64,000 nt of DNA from the human T2T-CHM13v2.0 reference genome, Homo sapiens. The notes under the pieces are model-generated. The model saw only the letters and a program-made list of their open reading frames with translations, was not told the origin of the DNA and ran no database searches. The stretch's first letter is position 1. Each line of letters begins with the position of its first letter. The translations under genes were made by a program, and so were the position numbers. Positions 31,289 to 45,348 of the stretch are shown piece after piece. The stretch lies in the NCBI RefSeq assembly GCF_009914755.1, contig NC_060933.1, one strand, 5' to 3'.

Positions 31289-33283
31289 AGAAAGAAGAAA
31301 ACAGAGACAGCTCAGCTCTCAGGATCTGTAAGGAACACTGATGACTTGCAGGGTAAGAAACAGAATTGACATTCTTTTTCCTTTACCGCCTTGCACAGAA
31401 TCAGCCTTAAAGAAAGATAGAATAGGAAAGGAAGTTGCCTCTGTCCAGAAGTAATTGTCCACTTTTCAATTATCTGCCCCTCTGCCTGTAATTCTATCAT
31501 TATAATAAAAGCTTGACTTATGGTCTTAGCATCTGTCTTTCCCCTTTAAACTGGAAGCATCATAAAGGCAGGTACAATAATTGACTTTTTACTATAGCTG
31601 AGTACTTGATAAGTGTCTCTATGTTTTTGAACATATGTGGTCAATAGTTATTGAGAGTGATTAAGTGGAAAGCTTTATTAATCATGCAAATCTTACTCTA
31701 GATGACTTTAATCAGTCTTTCCCCTTCTTTACCTTTATCTAAGTGTAGCCCACTGAAGGAAATGTAATTTTCATAGGAAGAAGAAAGGAAAATTGACTTT
31801 GGAGCCTAATACTATTCAGGATGAGGCTGGTGCTAAGAAGCTATGCTATAAGCCTCAAAGGACAATCTAAAAGCACTGGGTTTTAGAGGTCAGAAAACAC
31901 ATTTCTCTATTTTTTAAGTTTCTTAAAATATGTCCATGCTCCAAGATCAACAAACTAAGAAGTATGAGCACATTTGAACAAAGTTGAATGTTGTCATCCA
32001 TTAAACTTATAACCCAGTAAATTTGGCACATGATATTGTTTGATTAGACTCATATGTTAAGCCATTCATATGTCACTTTAATTAAAATTATATTTAAAGA
32101 AATTATATTTAAAGTGGTTCTGGAGGCAGCAAGGCATGGCCTTTAACCTTCAGTTTGGAAAGAATTGTCACCAAATCTATGATGTGATGAAGCTTTTTGA
32201 GACCTGAAATACTTTTTTATGGGGTCAATTTATATACCATTAACCATGAACTTGGGTATCTGTAGGAGGAATTCTGATCTAGAAGTTGGAAAGAGATTAG
32301 GGAAGGAAGTGACAGGGTCATTAAACTCTTTCCATGGTTTTGTCCGTATGAACCCTACTTCTTTCCCCTCATTCCAAAGTCTATAAGGAAAGGCACAGAT
32401 AGTCTTCACTGGTATCATGAAACAGTCTGAGAACTCCTTGCTTTCTCTCTTTGGACAATGTGACATAAGAGAACACCCTGTCTCTTGCCAAGAAGATTTG
32501 CATTAATGGTCAGGGTTAGAGTTTACCACCCAGAGAGGAATCTGGGTGAGAGGAGACTCTTTTCCATTCCAGTGATTAGAGAATAGATGTCTTTCTCTTT
32601 CACCCATAGACTTGGAGCTTTCTCTCAGGTGAGAACCACTTCCAGTTCTAGAATTGTTCTTTAATGAACTGATTCAATAGTGATTAAAATAAGGGCCTGA
32701 CCTTGACTTTGCAAGAAATGACCCAGGTTAACCTTAAGTTGTATGCTACAAAAATGTTACTAAAAGAGGTATTTCAAGTCATTCATGGTGCTGTGTTGCA
32801 TGCCGCCAGTAAAGGAGCATTGATTAGATATATTGCCAGGAAATACACCATGTTGTCAGGATTCACTGACAACCAAAAAGAAGTTAAGCCTGCAGACAAT
32901 ATCAAGTGGTTTGTTGGAGACTGGGAAGGAGAGAAGGTGAAGAGAAATGCTACAGTCTTCTACAAGCGGTCCATCATGGCATTTATCTTTTAATTGCTCT
33001 AGAAAGTGCCTTTTTCCATTTGTCTGATAAATGACTGGCATAAGAACCACATGTTCCATGAAGCAACTGCAATCTCCATATTTGCAATCTATCAATCTCA
33101 CCCTTTCTCACTTGTCTTTTTTTTCTATTTAGCATGTTTCATTGTAGATTAAACAGATTTTATTCCCTGTTGCCTGGTAATTATATATAATTAAAAAGCA
33201 CAGAGGAATGGGCATAAAAGCACAATGAAGTAATAATCATAGGAACAGTGTCTTATTTGAACTCACTGCTGAGGGAGAGTTGC

Positions 33284-36200
33284 TTTTTTAAAAAAATATA
33301 CTTTAAATACTGGGATACACGTGCAGAACGTGCAGGTTTGTTACATTGGTATACACGTGCCATGGTGGTTTGCTGCACCCATCAACCCATCATCTACATT
33401 AGTTATTTCTCCTAATGCTATCCCTCCCCTAGTCCTGCATCTCCCAACAGGCCCCAGTGTGTGACGTTCCTTTCCCTGTGTCCATGTGTTCTCATTGTTC
33501 AACTCCAACTTATGAGTGAGAACATTCAGTGTCTGGTTTTCTGTTCTTGTGTTAGTTTGCTGAGAATGATGGTTTCCAGCTTTATCCATGTGCCTGCACA
33601 GGACATGAACTCATCCTTTTTTATGGCTACATAGTATTACATGTTATATATGTGTCACATTTTCTTAATCCAGTCTATCATTGATGGGCATTTGGGTTGG
33701 TTCCAAGTCTCTGCTCTTGTGAACAGTGCTGGAATAAACATATGTGTGCATGTGTCTTTATACTAGAATTATTTATAATCCTTTGGGTATATACCAAGTA
33801 ATGGGATTGCTGGGTCAGATGGTATTTCTGGTTCTAGATCCCTGAGGAATCGCCACACTGTTTTCCACAATGGTTAAACTAACTTACACTTCCATCAACA
33901 GTGTAAAAGTGTTCCTATTTCTCCACATCCTCTCCAGCATCTGCTGTTTCCTGACTTTTTTAATGTTCACCATTCTAACTGGCATGATATGGTATCTCAT
34001 TATAGATTTGATTTCCATTTCTCTAATGACCAGTGATGATGAGTTTTTTTTCGTATGTTTGTTGGCCACATAAATGTCTTCTTTTGAGAAATGTCTGTTC
34101 ATATCATTTGCCCACTTTTTGATAGGGTTGTTTTTTTCTGGTAAATTTGTTTAAGTTCTTTATAGATTCTGGATATTAGCCCTTTGTCAGATGAATAGAT
34201 TGCAAAAAATTTCTCCCATTCTGTAGGTTGCCTATTCACCCTGATGATAGTTTATTTTGCTGTGCAGAAGCTCTTTAGTTTAATTAGATCCCATTTGTCA
34301 ATTTTGGCTTTTGTTGCCATTGGTTTTGGTGTTTTAGTCGTGAAGTCTTTGCCCATGTTTATGTCCTGAATGGTATTGCCTAGGTTTTCTTCTAGAGTTT
34401 TTATGGTTTTAGGTCTTATGTTTAAGTCTTATTCCATCTTGAGTTAATTTTTGTATAAGGTGTAAGGAAGTGGTCCAGTTTCAGTTTTCTGCATATGGCT
34501 AGCCTGTTTTCCCAACACCATTTATTAAATAGGGAACCCTTTCACTATTGCTTGTTTTTGTCAGGTTTGTCAAAGATCAGGTGGTTGTAGATTTGTGGTG
34601 GTATTTCTGAGGCCTCTGTTCAGTTCCATTGGTCTATATATCTGTTTTGGTACCAGTACCATGCTGTTTTGGTTACTGTAGCCTTGTAATATAGTTTGAA
34701 GTCAGGTAATGTGATACCTCCAGCTTTGTTCTTTTTGCTTAGAATTTTCTTGGCTATATGAGCTCTTTTTTGGTTCCATATGAAATTTGAAGTAGTTTTT
34801 TTCTAATTCTGTGAAGAAAGTCAATGGTAGCTTGATGGCGATAGCATTGAATCTATAAATAACTTTGGGCATGATGGCCATTTTCACGATATTGATTCTT
34901 CCTACCCATTAGCATGGAATGTTTTTCCATTTGTTTGTGTCTTCTCTTATTTCATTGAGCAGTGGTTTGTAGTTCTCTTTGAAGAGGTTCTTCACATCCC
35001 TTGTAAGTTATATTCCTAGGTATTTTATTCTCTTTGTAGCAATTGTGAATGAGTGCTAACTCATGATTTGGCTCTCCATTTGTCTATTATTGGTATAAAG
35101 GAATGCTTGTGATTTTTGTACATTGATTTTGTATCCTGAGACTTTGCTAAAGTTGCTTATCAGCTTAAGGAGATTTGGGTCTGAGACAGTGGGGTTTTCT
35201 AAATATACAATTATGTCATCTGCAAACAGAGACAATTTGACTTCCCCTTTTCCTATTTGTATACCCTTTATTTCTTTCTCTTGCCTGATTGCCCGGGCCA
35301 GAACTTCCAATATTATGTTGAATAGGAGTGGTGAGAGAGGGCATCCTTGTCTTGTACCAGTTTTCAAAGGGAATGCTTCCAGCTTTTGCCCATTCAGTAT
35401 GATATTGGCTGTGGGTTTTTCATAAATAACTCTTATTATTTTGAGATATGTTCCATCAATACCTAATTTATTGAGAGCTTTTAGCATGAAGGGGTGTTGA
35501 ATTTTATTGAAGGCCTTTTCTGCATCTATTGAGACAATAATGTGGTTTTGTCATTGGTTCTGTTTATGTGATGGATTACATTTATTGATTTATATATGTT
35601 GAACCAGCCTTGCATCCCAGGGGTGAAGCCAACTTGTTCGTGGTGGATAAGCTTTTTGATGTGCTACTGGATTCAGTTTGCCAGTATTTTGTTGAAGATG
35701 TTCACATCAATGTTCATCAGGGATATTGGCCTGAAATTTTCTTTTTTGTTGTTGTTTATCTGCCAGGCTTTGGTATCAGGATGATGCAGGCCTCATAAAA
35801 TGAGTTAGGGAGGAGTCCTTCATTTTCTGTTGTTTGGAATAGTTTCAGAAGGAATGGTACCAGCTCCTCTTTGTACCTCTGGTAGAATTCGGCTGTGGTC
35901 TGGTCCTGGGTTTTTTTTTTGGTTGGTAGGCTATTAATTACTGCCTTAATTTCAGAACTTGTTATTGGTCTATTCAGGGATTCAAATATTTCCTGGTTTA
36001 GTCTTGGGAGGGTGTATGCCCAGAAATTTATCCCTTTCTTCTAGATTTTCTAGTTTATTTGCATACAGGTGTTTACAGTATTCTCTGATGGTAGTTTGTA
36101 TTTCTGTGGGATCGGTGGTGATATCCCCCTTATCATTGTTTATTGCGTCTATTTGATTCTTCTCTCTTTTTTTCTTTATTAGTCTGGCTAGTGCTCTATT

Positions 36201-39200
36201 TCGTTAATCTTTAAAAAAAAAAAACAGCTCCTGGATTCATTGATTTTTTTGAAGGGTTTTTTATGTCTCTATCTCCTTCAGCTCTGCCCTGATCTTAGTT
36301 ATTTCTTATCTTCTGCTAGCTTTTGAATTCCTGTTCCTGTTTTGAAATCCGTTCCTGTTTGCTCTTGCTTCCCTAGGTCTTGTAATTGTGATATTAGGGT
36401 GTCGATTTTAGATCTTTCCCACTTTCTCCTGTGGGCATTTAGTGCTATAAATTTCCCTCTACACACTGCTTTAGCTGTGTCCCAGAGATTTTGGTATGTT
36501 GTCTCTTTGTTCTCATTGGTTTCAAAGAACTTATTTATTTCTGCCTTAATTTCATTATTTACCCAGTAGTCATTCAGGAGCAGGCTGTTCAGTTTCCATG
36601 TAGTTGTGCAGTTTTGAGTGAGTTTCTTAATCTTAAGTTCTAATTTGATTGCACTGTGGTCTGAGAGACTGTTAAGATTTCTGTTCTTTTGCATTTGCTG
36701 AGGAGTGTTTTACTTCCAATTATGTGGTCAATTTTAGAATAAGTGTAATGTGGTGCTGAGAAGAACGTATATACTGTTGATTTGGGGTGGACGGTTCTAT
36801 AGATGTCTATTAGGTCCATTTGGTCCAGAGCTGAGTTCAAGTCCTGAACATCCTTGTTAATTTTCTGTCTTGTTGATCTGTCTAATATTGACAGTGGGGT
36901 GTTAAAATCTCTCAATATTATTGTGTGGGATTCTAAGTCTCTTTTAGGTCTCTAAGAACTTTATGAATCTTGGTGCTCCTGAATTGGGTGCATATATATT
37001 TAGGATAGTTAGCTCTTCTTGTTGCATTGATCCCTTTACCATTATGTAATGCCCTTCTTTGTCTGTTTTGATCTTTGTTGGTTTAAAGTCTGTTTTCTCA
37101 GAGACTAGGATTGTACCCCTGCTTTTTTTGCTTTCTATTTGCTTGGTAAATATTCCTCCATCTCTTTATTTTGAGCCTATGTGTGTCCTTGCATATGAGA
37201 TGGGTCTCCTGAATACAGCACACTGATGGGTCTTGACTCTTTATCCAGTTTGCCAGTCTGTGTCTTTTAATTGGGGCATTTAGTCCATTGACATTTAAAG
37301 TTAATATTGTTATGTGTGAATCTGATCCTGTCATTATGATGCCAGCTGGTTATTTTGCCCATTAGTTGATGCAGTTTCTTCATAGTGTCAATGGTGTTCA
37401 CAATTTGGTATGTTTTTGCATTGGCTGGTACCGGTTTTTTCTTTCCATGTTTAGCGCTTCCTTCAGGAGCTCTTTTAGGGCAGGCCTGGTGGTGACAAAA
37501 TCTCTCAGCATTTGCTTGTCTGTAAAGGATTTTATTTCTCCTTCACTTATGAAGCTTAGTTTGGCTGGATATGAAATTCTTGGTTGAAAATTCTTTTAAG
37601 AATGTTGAATATTGGCCCCCACTCTCTTCTGGCTTGTAGGGTTTCTGCAGAGAGATCTGCTGTTAGACTGATGGGCTTCCCTTTGTCAGTACCCGACCTT
37701 TCTCTCTGGCTGCCCTTAACATTTTTTCCTTCATTTCAACCTTGCCGAATATGACAATTATGTGTCTTGGGGTTGCTCTTCTTGTGGAGTATCTTTGTGA
37801 TGTTTCCTGTATTTCCTGAATTTGAATGTTGGCCTGTCTTGCTAGGTTGGGGAAGTCTCCTGGATAATATCTGGAAGAGTGTTTTCTACTTGGTTCCATT
37901 CTCCCTGTCACTTTCAGGTACACCAGTCAAACATAGGTTTGGTCTTTTCACATAGTTCCATATTTCTTGGAGGCTTTGTTCATTCCTTTTTATTCTTTTT
38001 TCTCTAATCTTGTCTTCACGGTTTATTTCATTAAGATGATCTTCAATCTTTGATATCCTTTATTCCACTTAATCGATTTGGCTGTTGATGCTTGTGTATG
38101 CTTCACAAAGTTCTCATGCTCTGTTTATCAGCACCATCAGGTCATTTATGTTCTTCTCTAAACTGGTTATTCTAGTTAGCATTTTGTCTAACATTTTTCA
38201 AGGTTCTTAGCTTCCTTGCATTGGGTTAGAACATGCTCCTTTAGCTCAGAGGAGTTTGTTATCACCCACCTTCTGAAGCCTACTTCTGTCAATACATCAA
38301 ACTCATTCCCCATCCAGTTTTCTTCCCTTGCTGGCAAGGAGTTGTGATCCTTTGGAGAAGAGTCATTCTGGTTTTTGGAATTTTCAGCCTTCTTTCACTG
38401 GTTTTTCCTCATCTTAATGGATTTATCTACCTTTGGTCTTTGATTTTGGTGACTGAATGGGTTTTGTTGTGGACATCCTTTTTGTTGATGTTGATACTAT
38501 TCCTTTCTGTTTGTTAGTTTTCCTCTAACAGTCAGGCTCCTCTGCTGCAGGTCTGTTGGAGTTTGCTGGAGGTCCACTCCAGACCCTGTTTACCTGGGTA
38601 TCGGCAGCGGAGGCTACAGAACAGCAAAGATTGCTGCCTGTTGCTTCCTCTGGAAGCTTCATCCCAGAGGGGCACCCACCAGATGCCAGCTGGAGCTCTC
38701 CTATATGAGGTGTCTGTTGACCCCTGCTGGAAGGTGTCTCTCAGTCAGGAGGCACAGGGGTTAGGGACCCACTTCACGAGGCAGCCTGTCCCTTAGTAGA
38801 GCTCTAGCGCTGTGCTGGGAGATCTGCTGTTCTCTTTAGAGCCAGCAGGCAGGAACGTTTAAGTCTGCTGAAGCCGCACCCACAGCCTCCCCTTCACCCA
38901 GGTGCTCTGTCCCAGGGAGATGGGAGTTTGATGTGTAAGCCCCTGACTGGGGCTGCTGCCTTTCCTTCAGAGATGCCCTGCACAGAGAGGAGAAATCTAG
39001 AGAGGCAGTCTGGCTACAGCAGCTTTGCGTAGCTGCGGTGGGCTCTGCCCAGTTCAAACCTCCGGGGGCTTTGTTTACACTGTGAGTGGAAAACTGCCTA
39101 CTCAAGCCTTGGTAATGGTGGACGCCCCTACCCCCACCAAGCTCCAGCATTTCAGGTCGACTTCAGACTGCTGTGCTGGCAGTGAGAATTTCAAGCCAGT

Positions 39201-39744
39201 GGATCTTAGCTTGCTGGACTCCATGGGGGTGGCATCCGCTAAGCTAGACCACTTGGCTCCCTGGCTTCGGTGCCCCTTTTCAGGGGAGTGAATGTTTCTG
39301 TCATGCTGATATTCCAGGCGCCACTGGGGAATGAAAAAAACTCCTGCAGCTAGCTTGGTGTCTGCTTAAACGGCCGCCCAGTTTTGTGCTTGAAACCCTG
39401 GGCCCTGGTTGCGTGGGCACCTGAGAGAATATCCTGGTCTGCGCATTGCAAAGACTGTGGGAAGAGCATACTGGCTGGGCCGGATAGCACCGTCCCTCGT
39501 GCACAGTGCCTCATGGCTTCCTTTGGGTAGGGAAGGGAGTTCCTCAACCCGTTGCACTTCCCTGGTGAGGCGACGCACCACCCTGCTTGGGCTCACCCTC
39601 CGTGGATTGCAGCTACTGTCTAACCAGTCCCAGTGAGATGACCGGGGTACCTCAGTTGGAAATGCCGAAATCACCTGGCTTCTATGTTGATCTCGCTGGG
39701 AGCTGCAGACCAGAGCTGTTCCTATTCTGCCATCTTGCCAGCCC
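33284..39744 (-). mobile_element. Full-length (~6.46 kb) L1PA7/8-like LINE-1, antisense to the gene; ORF1/ORF2 disrupted
   Basis: 5'UTR start GGCTGGCAAGATGGCAGAATAGGAACAGCTC on the minus strand. Fragmented ORF1 (RATPRHII), EN (MTGSDSHITILTLNVNGLN), RT ([13 protein letters not shown]...LFADD) and C-terminal pieces. 3'UTR ends at ~33284. Confidence 0.95.
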
Positions 39745-42244
39745 CTGCCTCACTTGTAAATAGAAACATAAGGAACTTGTTTTGCAACAGACCCAAGGAA
39801 TAGTGGCAAGGAATTTATGTGCTGAAATAGCTCTCCTATACTAGTCCTTTTCACAACCTGACTTTCCACCACAAATATTTTGGTAAATGCAGTCTGAAAA
39901 CAAAGCACTGTATAATTGTGTGCTTATAAAATGAAATTGTATGCCATGTTACAAAAGGATTATGAATTACTCCTTCAGATATGCTAATTTTAAGGAGGTG
40001 GGAGAGAACACTTATTTTAGACTATAATAAAAAATAATAGAAGGTCAGAAATGCTGATTTAAGAAAAGATACTGCTAAATTGGAGTGAATTCAAAGAAAG
40101 GGACTAAAAATAATAAAAAGCCTCAAGGAATGAATATTTTCAAAATTGAGAGAATTTAAGACTCTAAAATGACAAACTACAACCAGTCTTAGAAATACCT
40201 CTAGGGAACTGGATTCCAAACGTCTGCATTCTTCAAAAGAGAAAAAGTAAAAGCACTGAAACAAAAGCTACCCAGAGGAAAAAAATGAACTTTTAAAGCT
40301 AAATGTTTTTACTTAGATCAACTCTCAGATGCCTGGAAACATTAAAAACTAGCCTGGCAAACCATTTGTTTTCAGATAACAAGCTATAATAGAGCAAGGA
40401 AGGTGGGATTGATGATTCATTATATCACACATTTCATATCTTTTATGTCTGGACCTGAATGAAGACATTGGAACAGTTTAAAGCTTTCAATATACCTGTA
40501 ACTAGTGTTCTCTTAGTAAACACATAGTAGGGCACACCCAAAGTTTGAATATATTAGAAAGAGTTCCATATTATTTTCAAGGTCATAGAGTTATAAAGGT
40601 ATAATTTCACTGAGCATGAACTTGATCTATTGTAAGGTATTAAGATGGTTAATGACTAATTTTCACAAACACTCATTTCCCTTGAATATGTTATTTTCCA
40701 AAAGACTTGAGAGTTTGGGGGAAAAGTAAAAGAAATCTGTAAACCTTTTGCACCAGGAAAAAGAACAAAAGCAAGGAGTTTTAAACTATACCTAGTATAC
40801 ATGAAAATATGGTGCCCTAAGCCATTTAATCCTAGTTATGAAAAAAAAAAAAAAAAAGCCTGTTGGCCTTTTCAAAAAGGAGGGAAAATTAGCCAAGAAC
40901 GGCCTTTACCTGCTATGGCACCATCCTCCAAAACTGACCCCACTTTCTGTTCTTTGCACTTACAGTGATGTGTTAGAGATTTAAATATTATGCTCTTAAA
41001 ATGTAACAGAGTTGTCTCCACGCAGACTGTCTAGACAGGGCAGCAACTATGTCTGTTTAATTTCATTTTACATAGCAGCTAGCAATCTTGCACAAATAAA
41101 TGCTTTTGATGATAATTTTGATGTTAGTATAATCAGGTGGCCAAAATTTGGGGGTTAAAGCTTAGTACTTTAATATGAGTACTTTATAGTGCGTGCTTAC
41201 AACATTAAATGTTATATAAAATTTACAAATGTCTGGCTATTTTTTAAATAATAAAGGATTTCAGCACATTTTATGTTTCTTAATATTGGCCTGTTAAATT
41301 TGTTTACATGGAGAAGGAAATATCAGTCTGCCTATTCAGAAACTAGGCAAGACTCCCTAACCAACTTTCCTAGTGTCTGAAATGTATTAGTATTCTTGTA
41401 AATTTATTCTCGTAAATTTTTTTTGAAAGAAAGAAAAAAATTAGATATTCCATCAATTAGAAAACTAAGATTCAAATTCCTGCAAGACTTATGAAAGCAG
41501 CACTGGAGTTCCCACAATAAAAAATATGACGTCTGTTTCCTTTATTCAATGTGTTAGTCATTCTTTCAACAAATATTCGAGTACCTGGTATGTAACAGAA
41601 AGCCAAATGGGAAAAGATTGCTGTCCTTCTGGAGGTTCTGCTGTAGTAGACGAAGACAGACAATAAAATGTTAAGCACAGTAAATGAGTAAATTATCCGA
41701 TATACTTGTGGGTGACTAAGTGTTATAGGAAAAAGGAAAGTTGAGCAGGATAAAGACAAATCAGCAGTGGGAATGGGATTGCAGTTTTACACAGAGTAGG
41801 CAGCCTAAGCTTTGTGGAGGTGATATTTGAGCAAAGACTTGATAAAGGTGAGGTAATTCGCTCCTCAGAATCTGGGCAAAGAGAATTCCAGGCAGAAGGG
41901 ATGGATAATGCATGCATCCTAAAGTAAGAGTGTTCCTGGAATGTCCCTGAAGACACAGGGCCTTGATTCCAGAAAAATCAAGGGTGACTGGAGCTAAGTG
42001 AGCAAGGACAATAGGATGTGACAGGCCTGAGGGATGATGGGGGCTCTCATAAGACCATTCTGGCCACTGTGCTGACAAAACTTTCCAGGAGAGCAAGGGC
42101 AGAAGGGAAATTAGGAGACTATTGCAAGAACGCAGGCATGACATGATGGCTCCTTGGACTTGGTTGTGATCAGATTCTGTGTTTTTTGTGTATAGAAAAA
42201 TAGTTCTGATGGATTGGATATGGAAGTCAAATATGGCTCTAAGG

Positions 42245-42436
42245 CAGTGGTTCTCAAAGCGGGTTTGCCAAATTAGCAACATTCGCATCACCTGGGATCT
42301 TGTTTGAAATGCAAATTATTAAGCCTCACCCCAGGTCTACTGAATTAGAAGCTCTGGAGGGTGGGGCCCCAACAATCCTGTATTTTAAAAAGGCCTTCAG
42401 GTGATTTTGATGTACGTTTAAGTTTGAAAACCACTG
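42245..42436. mobile_element. MER5A (hAT-Charlie MITE)
   Basis: TIRs cagtggttctcaaa / tttgaaaaccactg; degenerate 8-bp TSD ctctaagg/ctttaaag. Confidence 0.85.
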
Positions 42437-42441
42437 CTTTA

Positions 42442-42809
<368 letters not shown>

Positions 42810-42902
42810 TCATGGGGATAGCAGGAGGATCAGGGATTCAGGTTTGGACATGATGAGTTTCCAGTGTCTTAGATGTCCAGATGGCAAGTGAGCAGTTGTA
42901 TA

Positions 42903-43411
42903 CAGTAGTCCCCCCCTTATTCTCAGGGAATATGCTCCAAGACCCACAGTGGATGTCTAAAACTGTGGATAGTACCTAACCCTATAGATACTAACACAAA
43001 TATATTCTTATACACACATACAATGCATGTATCTATGTACTTATGTAAGAAAATATAGATAATTTCTCATACATATATGAGATAAAGTTTAATTTATAAA
43101 TCACATTGAGAAATTAGCAAAAATAATAAAATAGAATTTTAACATTTAATATTATTGATAGAATTTTTCTAACAATATGCTGTAAAAACCTCTATTGTAC
43201 TATTATAACTCTATTGTAACTATGCAGTTATAACTCTATGCTATTATAACTCTACTATAACAACATGCTGTAATAAAACTTAAGTGAATGTGATCTCTCT
43301 TTCATTCTCTCAAAATATCTTATTGTACTGTGCTCACCTGTTCTCAAACTGTGGGTGACTGTGTGTAACTAAAACCCCAGAAAGCAAAACCACAGACAAG
43401 GGGGACTACTG
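42903..43411. mobile_element. MER44-type (TcMar-Tigger) element
   Basis: TIRs cagtagtccccccttat / acaagggggactactg with TA flanks. Confidence 0.85.
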
Positions 43412-45348
43412 TATATAAGTCTGAATTTCAAGCGAGGAGGTCTGAGTTGCAAATAGAAATTGAAACACTGATTTTTTTTTTCCGAGAACAAAATATAGTA
43501 CATTGGATTTTATCGATGGATATTTGCTATTCAGTGCTTTCATCTTAACTTTGAATAAAAGATACAGAAAGCCAAGTAACAAAGACCAAAATATGTAAAA
43601 GAGGCAGCCCACCATCTACTTAGGTGTGCTAAAAGATTCGAAAGCTTTAGAGGATATATTTTCCAGAACATTTATCCATTTATTATAGAGCAGCCTTTTA
43701 TGGTAATCTTTTCTGGTTTTACTGTCAGTAAATTGAGGATTCCTAATATTTTGAGGGTAAAACAACTGGTAACATTTTCTAACATCATCCAGTAGCTGGT
43801 AAATTTCCACGTATGTTTTTATCATAACGTGGTTATCCGCAGTTGTTGGAGGATAAAGTAGATGCCTTGCTAGGCAGTTCTAATTGCGTTTTCTTGCATA
43901 GTAACTGTTATGGAGAGTGAGTGATTAGGACAGTGTGGAGGGGCAGTATGGGGTTTAAGTACATTTCTAAGAGAGGAAAATTAAGTCAGAAGCATGGATT
44001 TTTTTTTTTTTTTCGGTTACTACAGTACATGTAGTCATCTGAATATGATTTCCAAGGTTCTTGATACTATCAGATACCAATATTGATTCTACACATAAAA
44101 GCATTAATAGGATGGCACTCATATAATAGGTTAAATGAAACAACAAAATTAATAGAATAGGACTACCACTGAATATTTAAGGGAAGAGGAAAAACAGAGG
44201 TATGTCTCTCTAAAGGAAAATGCCTTCTTTAAAAAGAATGAAAATAAAGAAAAATTAATGCTTCTCCTGACCCTGAATCTACATTATGTATATTTTTCAA
44301 AGCCATTTTAAAACCTTTTATATAGTGCCACCTTAGCTGCTGCGGTAGAATCTTGTACATTTCACCCGGTGAGTAAACTGGGAACCCTGACCCTCCTTTG
44401 TCTCACAGTGTAATCTGATCTACTCTCATCATCAGGGGACATCTGGGATCCATCTTATCTTTCCCACTGGATAGTTGATTAACCAGAAAATGTTTTGAAT
44501 TGGATTCATATATGGCAGAACTCCATGGACTTTATGAATTATAATGGGAGCAAATAAAAGGTCAGCTTTTATTTTTGTGCTTTTAAAGAGGAGAGCTCTG
44601 ACACGGTTAGAATTGAGTGCTTAAAACTCGGGGAGAGAAATGATTATATTAAATGGCTAAATACAGTAATTCGTGGGATCATGTTATTATTTCACAGAAA
44701 ATAGACTTTTATAGTGAGGAAGCCTTAGCCCAGTAACATGACACAGAGCTGTCAAGCCACAGGTATATTTAGAGTTTATTGGAAATAGGCAGGAAACCAA
44801 GAAAAAAAGTCTTAGATTGCTTTCTCTTGCTCCATTTCTATTTGATGGCAATTCTGGAGATGTATGAGGGGCTGGATGTGGGAGTCTGTAGTCCTGTGCA
44901 TCCCTCCCACACTATATTTTTTGCCAGGTTCTTGTTAGGGAATGGAATGCATTTGGTCCATATAACTACTAGACTTTTTGACTATTTTAATTGTCTCCAT
45001 CAATGCTTTCTATGAGCCAAGTTCAGTGCAAAAATATATTAATACATGTAAGCATATTTAAACCATAATTCATTTGTTTTATTCTTTATTTTAAATATGC
45101 CAATTTAAAGTTTATTATTCTTACCACTAGGATATGATGAGAGCAGAAATCCCACATTATATATATTTAGTACATTCTACATTCAGTATTCCTTAAAGAA
45201 AACTACCTATCATGGTTAAAACTGATTACTTGTGGCATCAAAAAGCATCTCTCCAAAAGCTGATATTTCAAAGATGATGCCCAGAAAAAGATGGTAAGTA
45301 TTTTTCAAAACAGTTAGGTTATCAGTTTCTAAATCTTACTTTTAAAAG

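Noticed and set aside
32703-32993. 96-aa ORF in non-repetitive DNA
   Set aside because: Non-ATG start, no recognisable domain, and no place for it between the two in-frame ADAMTSL1 exons. It may be ordinary or conserved non-coding DNA, which cannot be judged without alignments.
36321-36357. Small insertion/duplication in L1 ORF2 (ttttgaa.tcc.gttcctg x2)
   Set aside because: Post-insertion decay of a dead L1; no functional implication.
35056-37334. Reverse transcriptase/endonuclease ORFs as a novel or active RT system
   Set aside because: Standard L1 ORF2 broken by multiple stops and frameshifts; inactive.
41761-42291. 176-aa minus-strand ORF, and similar long ORFs at 30785-31243, 54429-55007 and 57954-58547
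   Set aside because: They run across L2/MER5A, L1 or Alu/THE1 sequence boundaries; chance open frames.
43165-43280. Short repeats (ataactcta...)n resembling an array
   Set aside because: Slippage-type low-complexity expansion inside a MER44 element; no regular repeat-spacer structure, not CRISPR-like.
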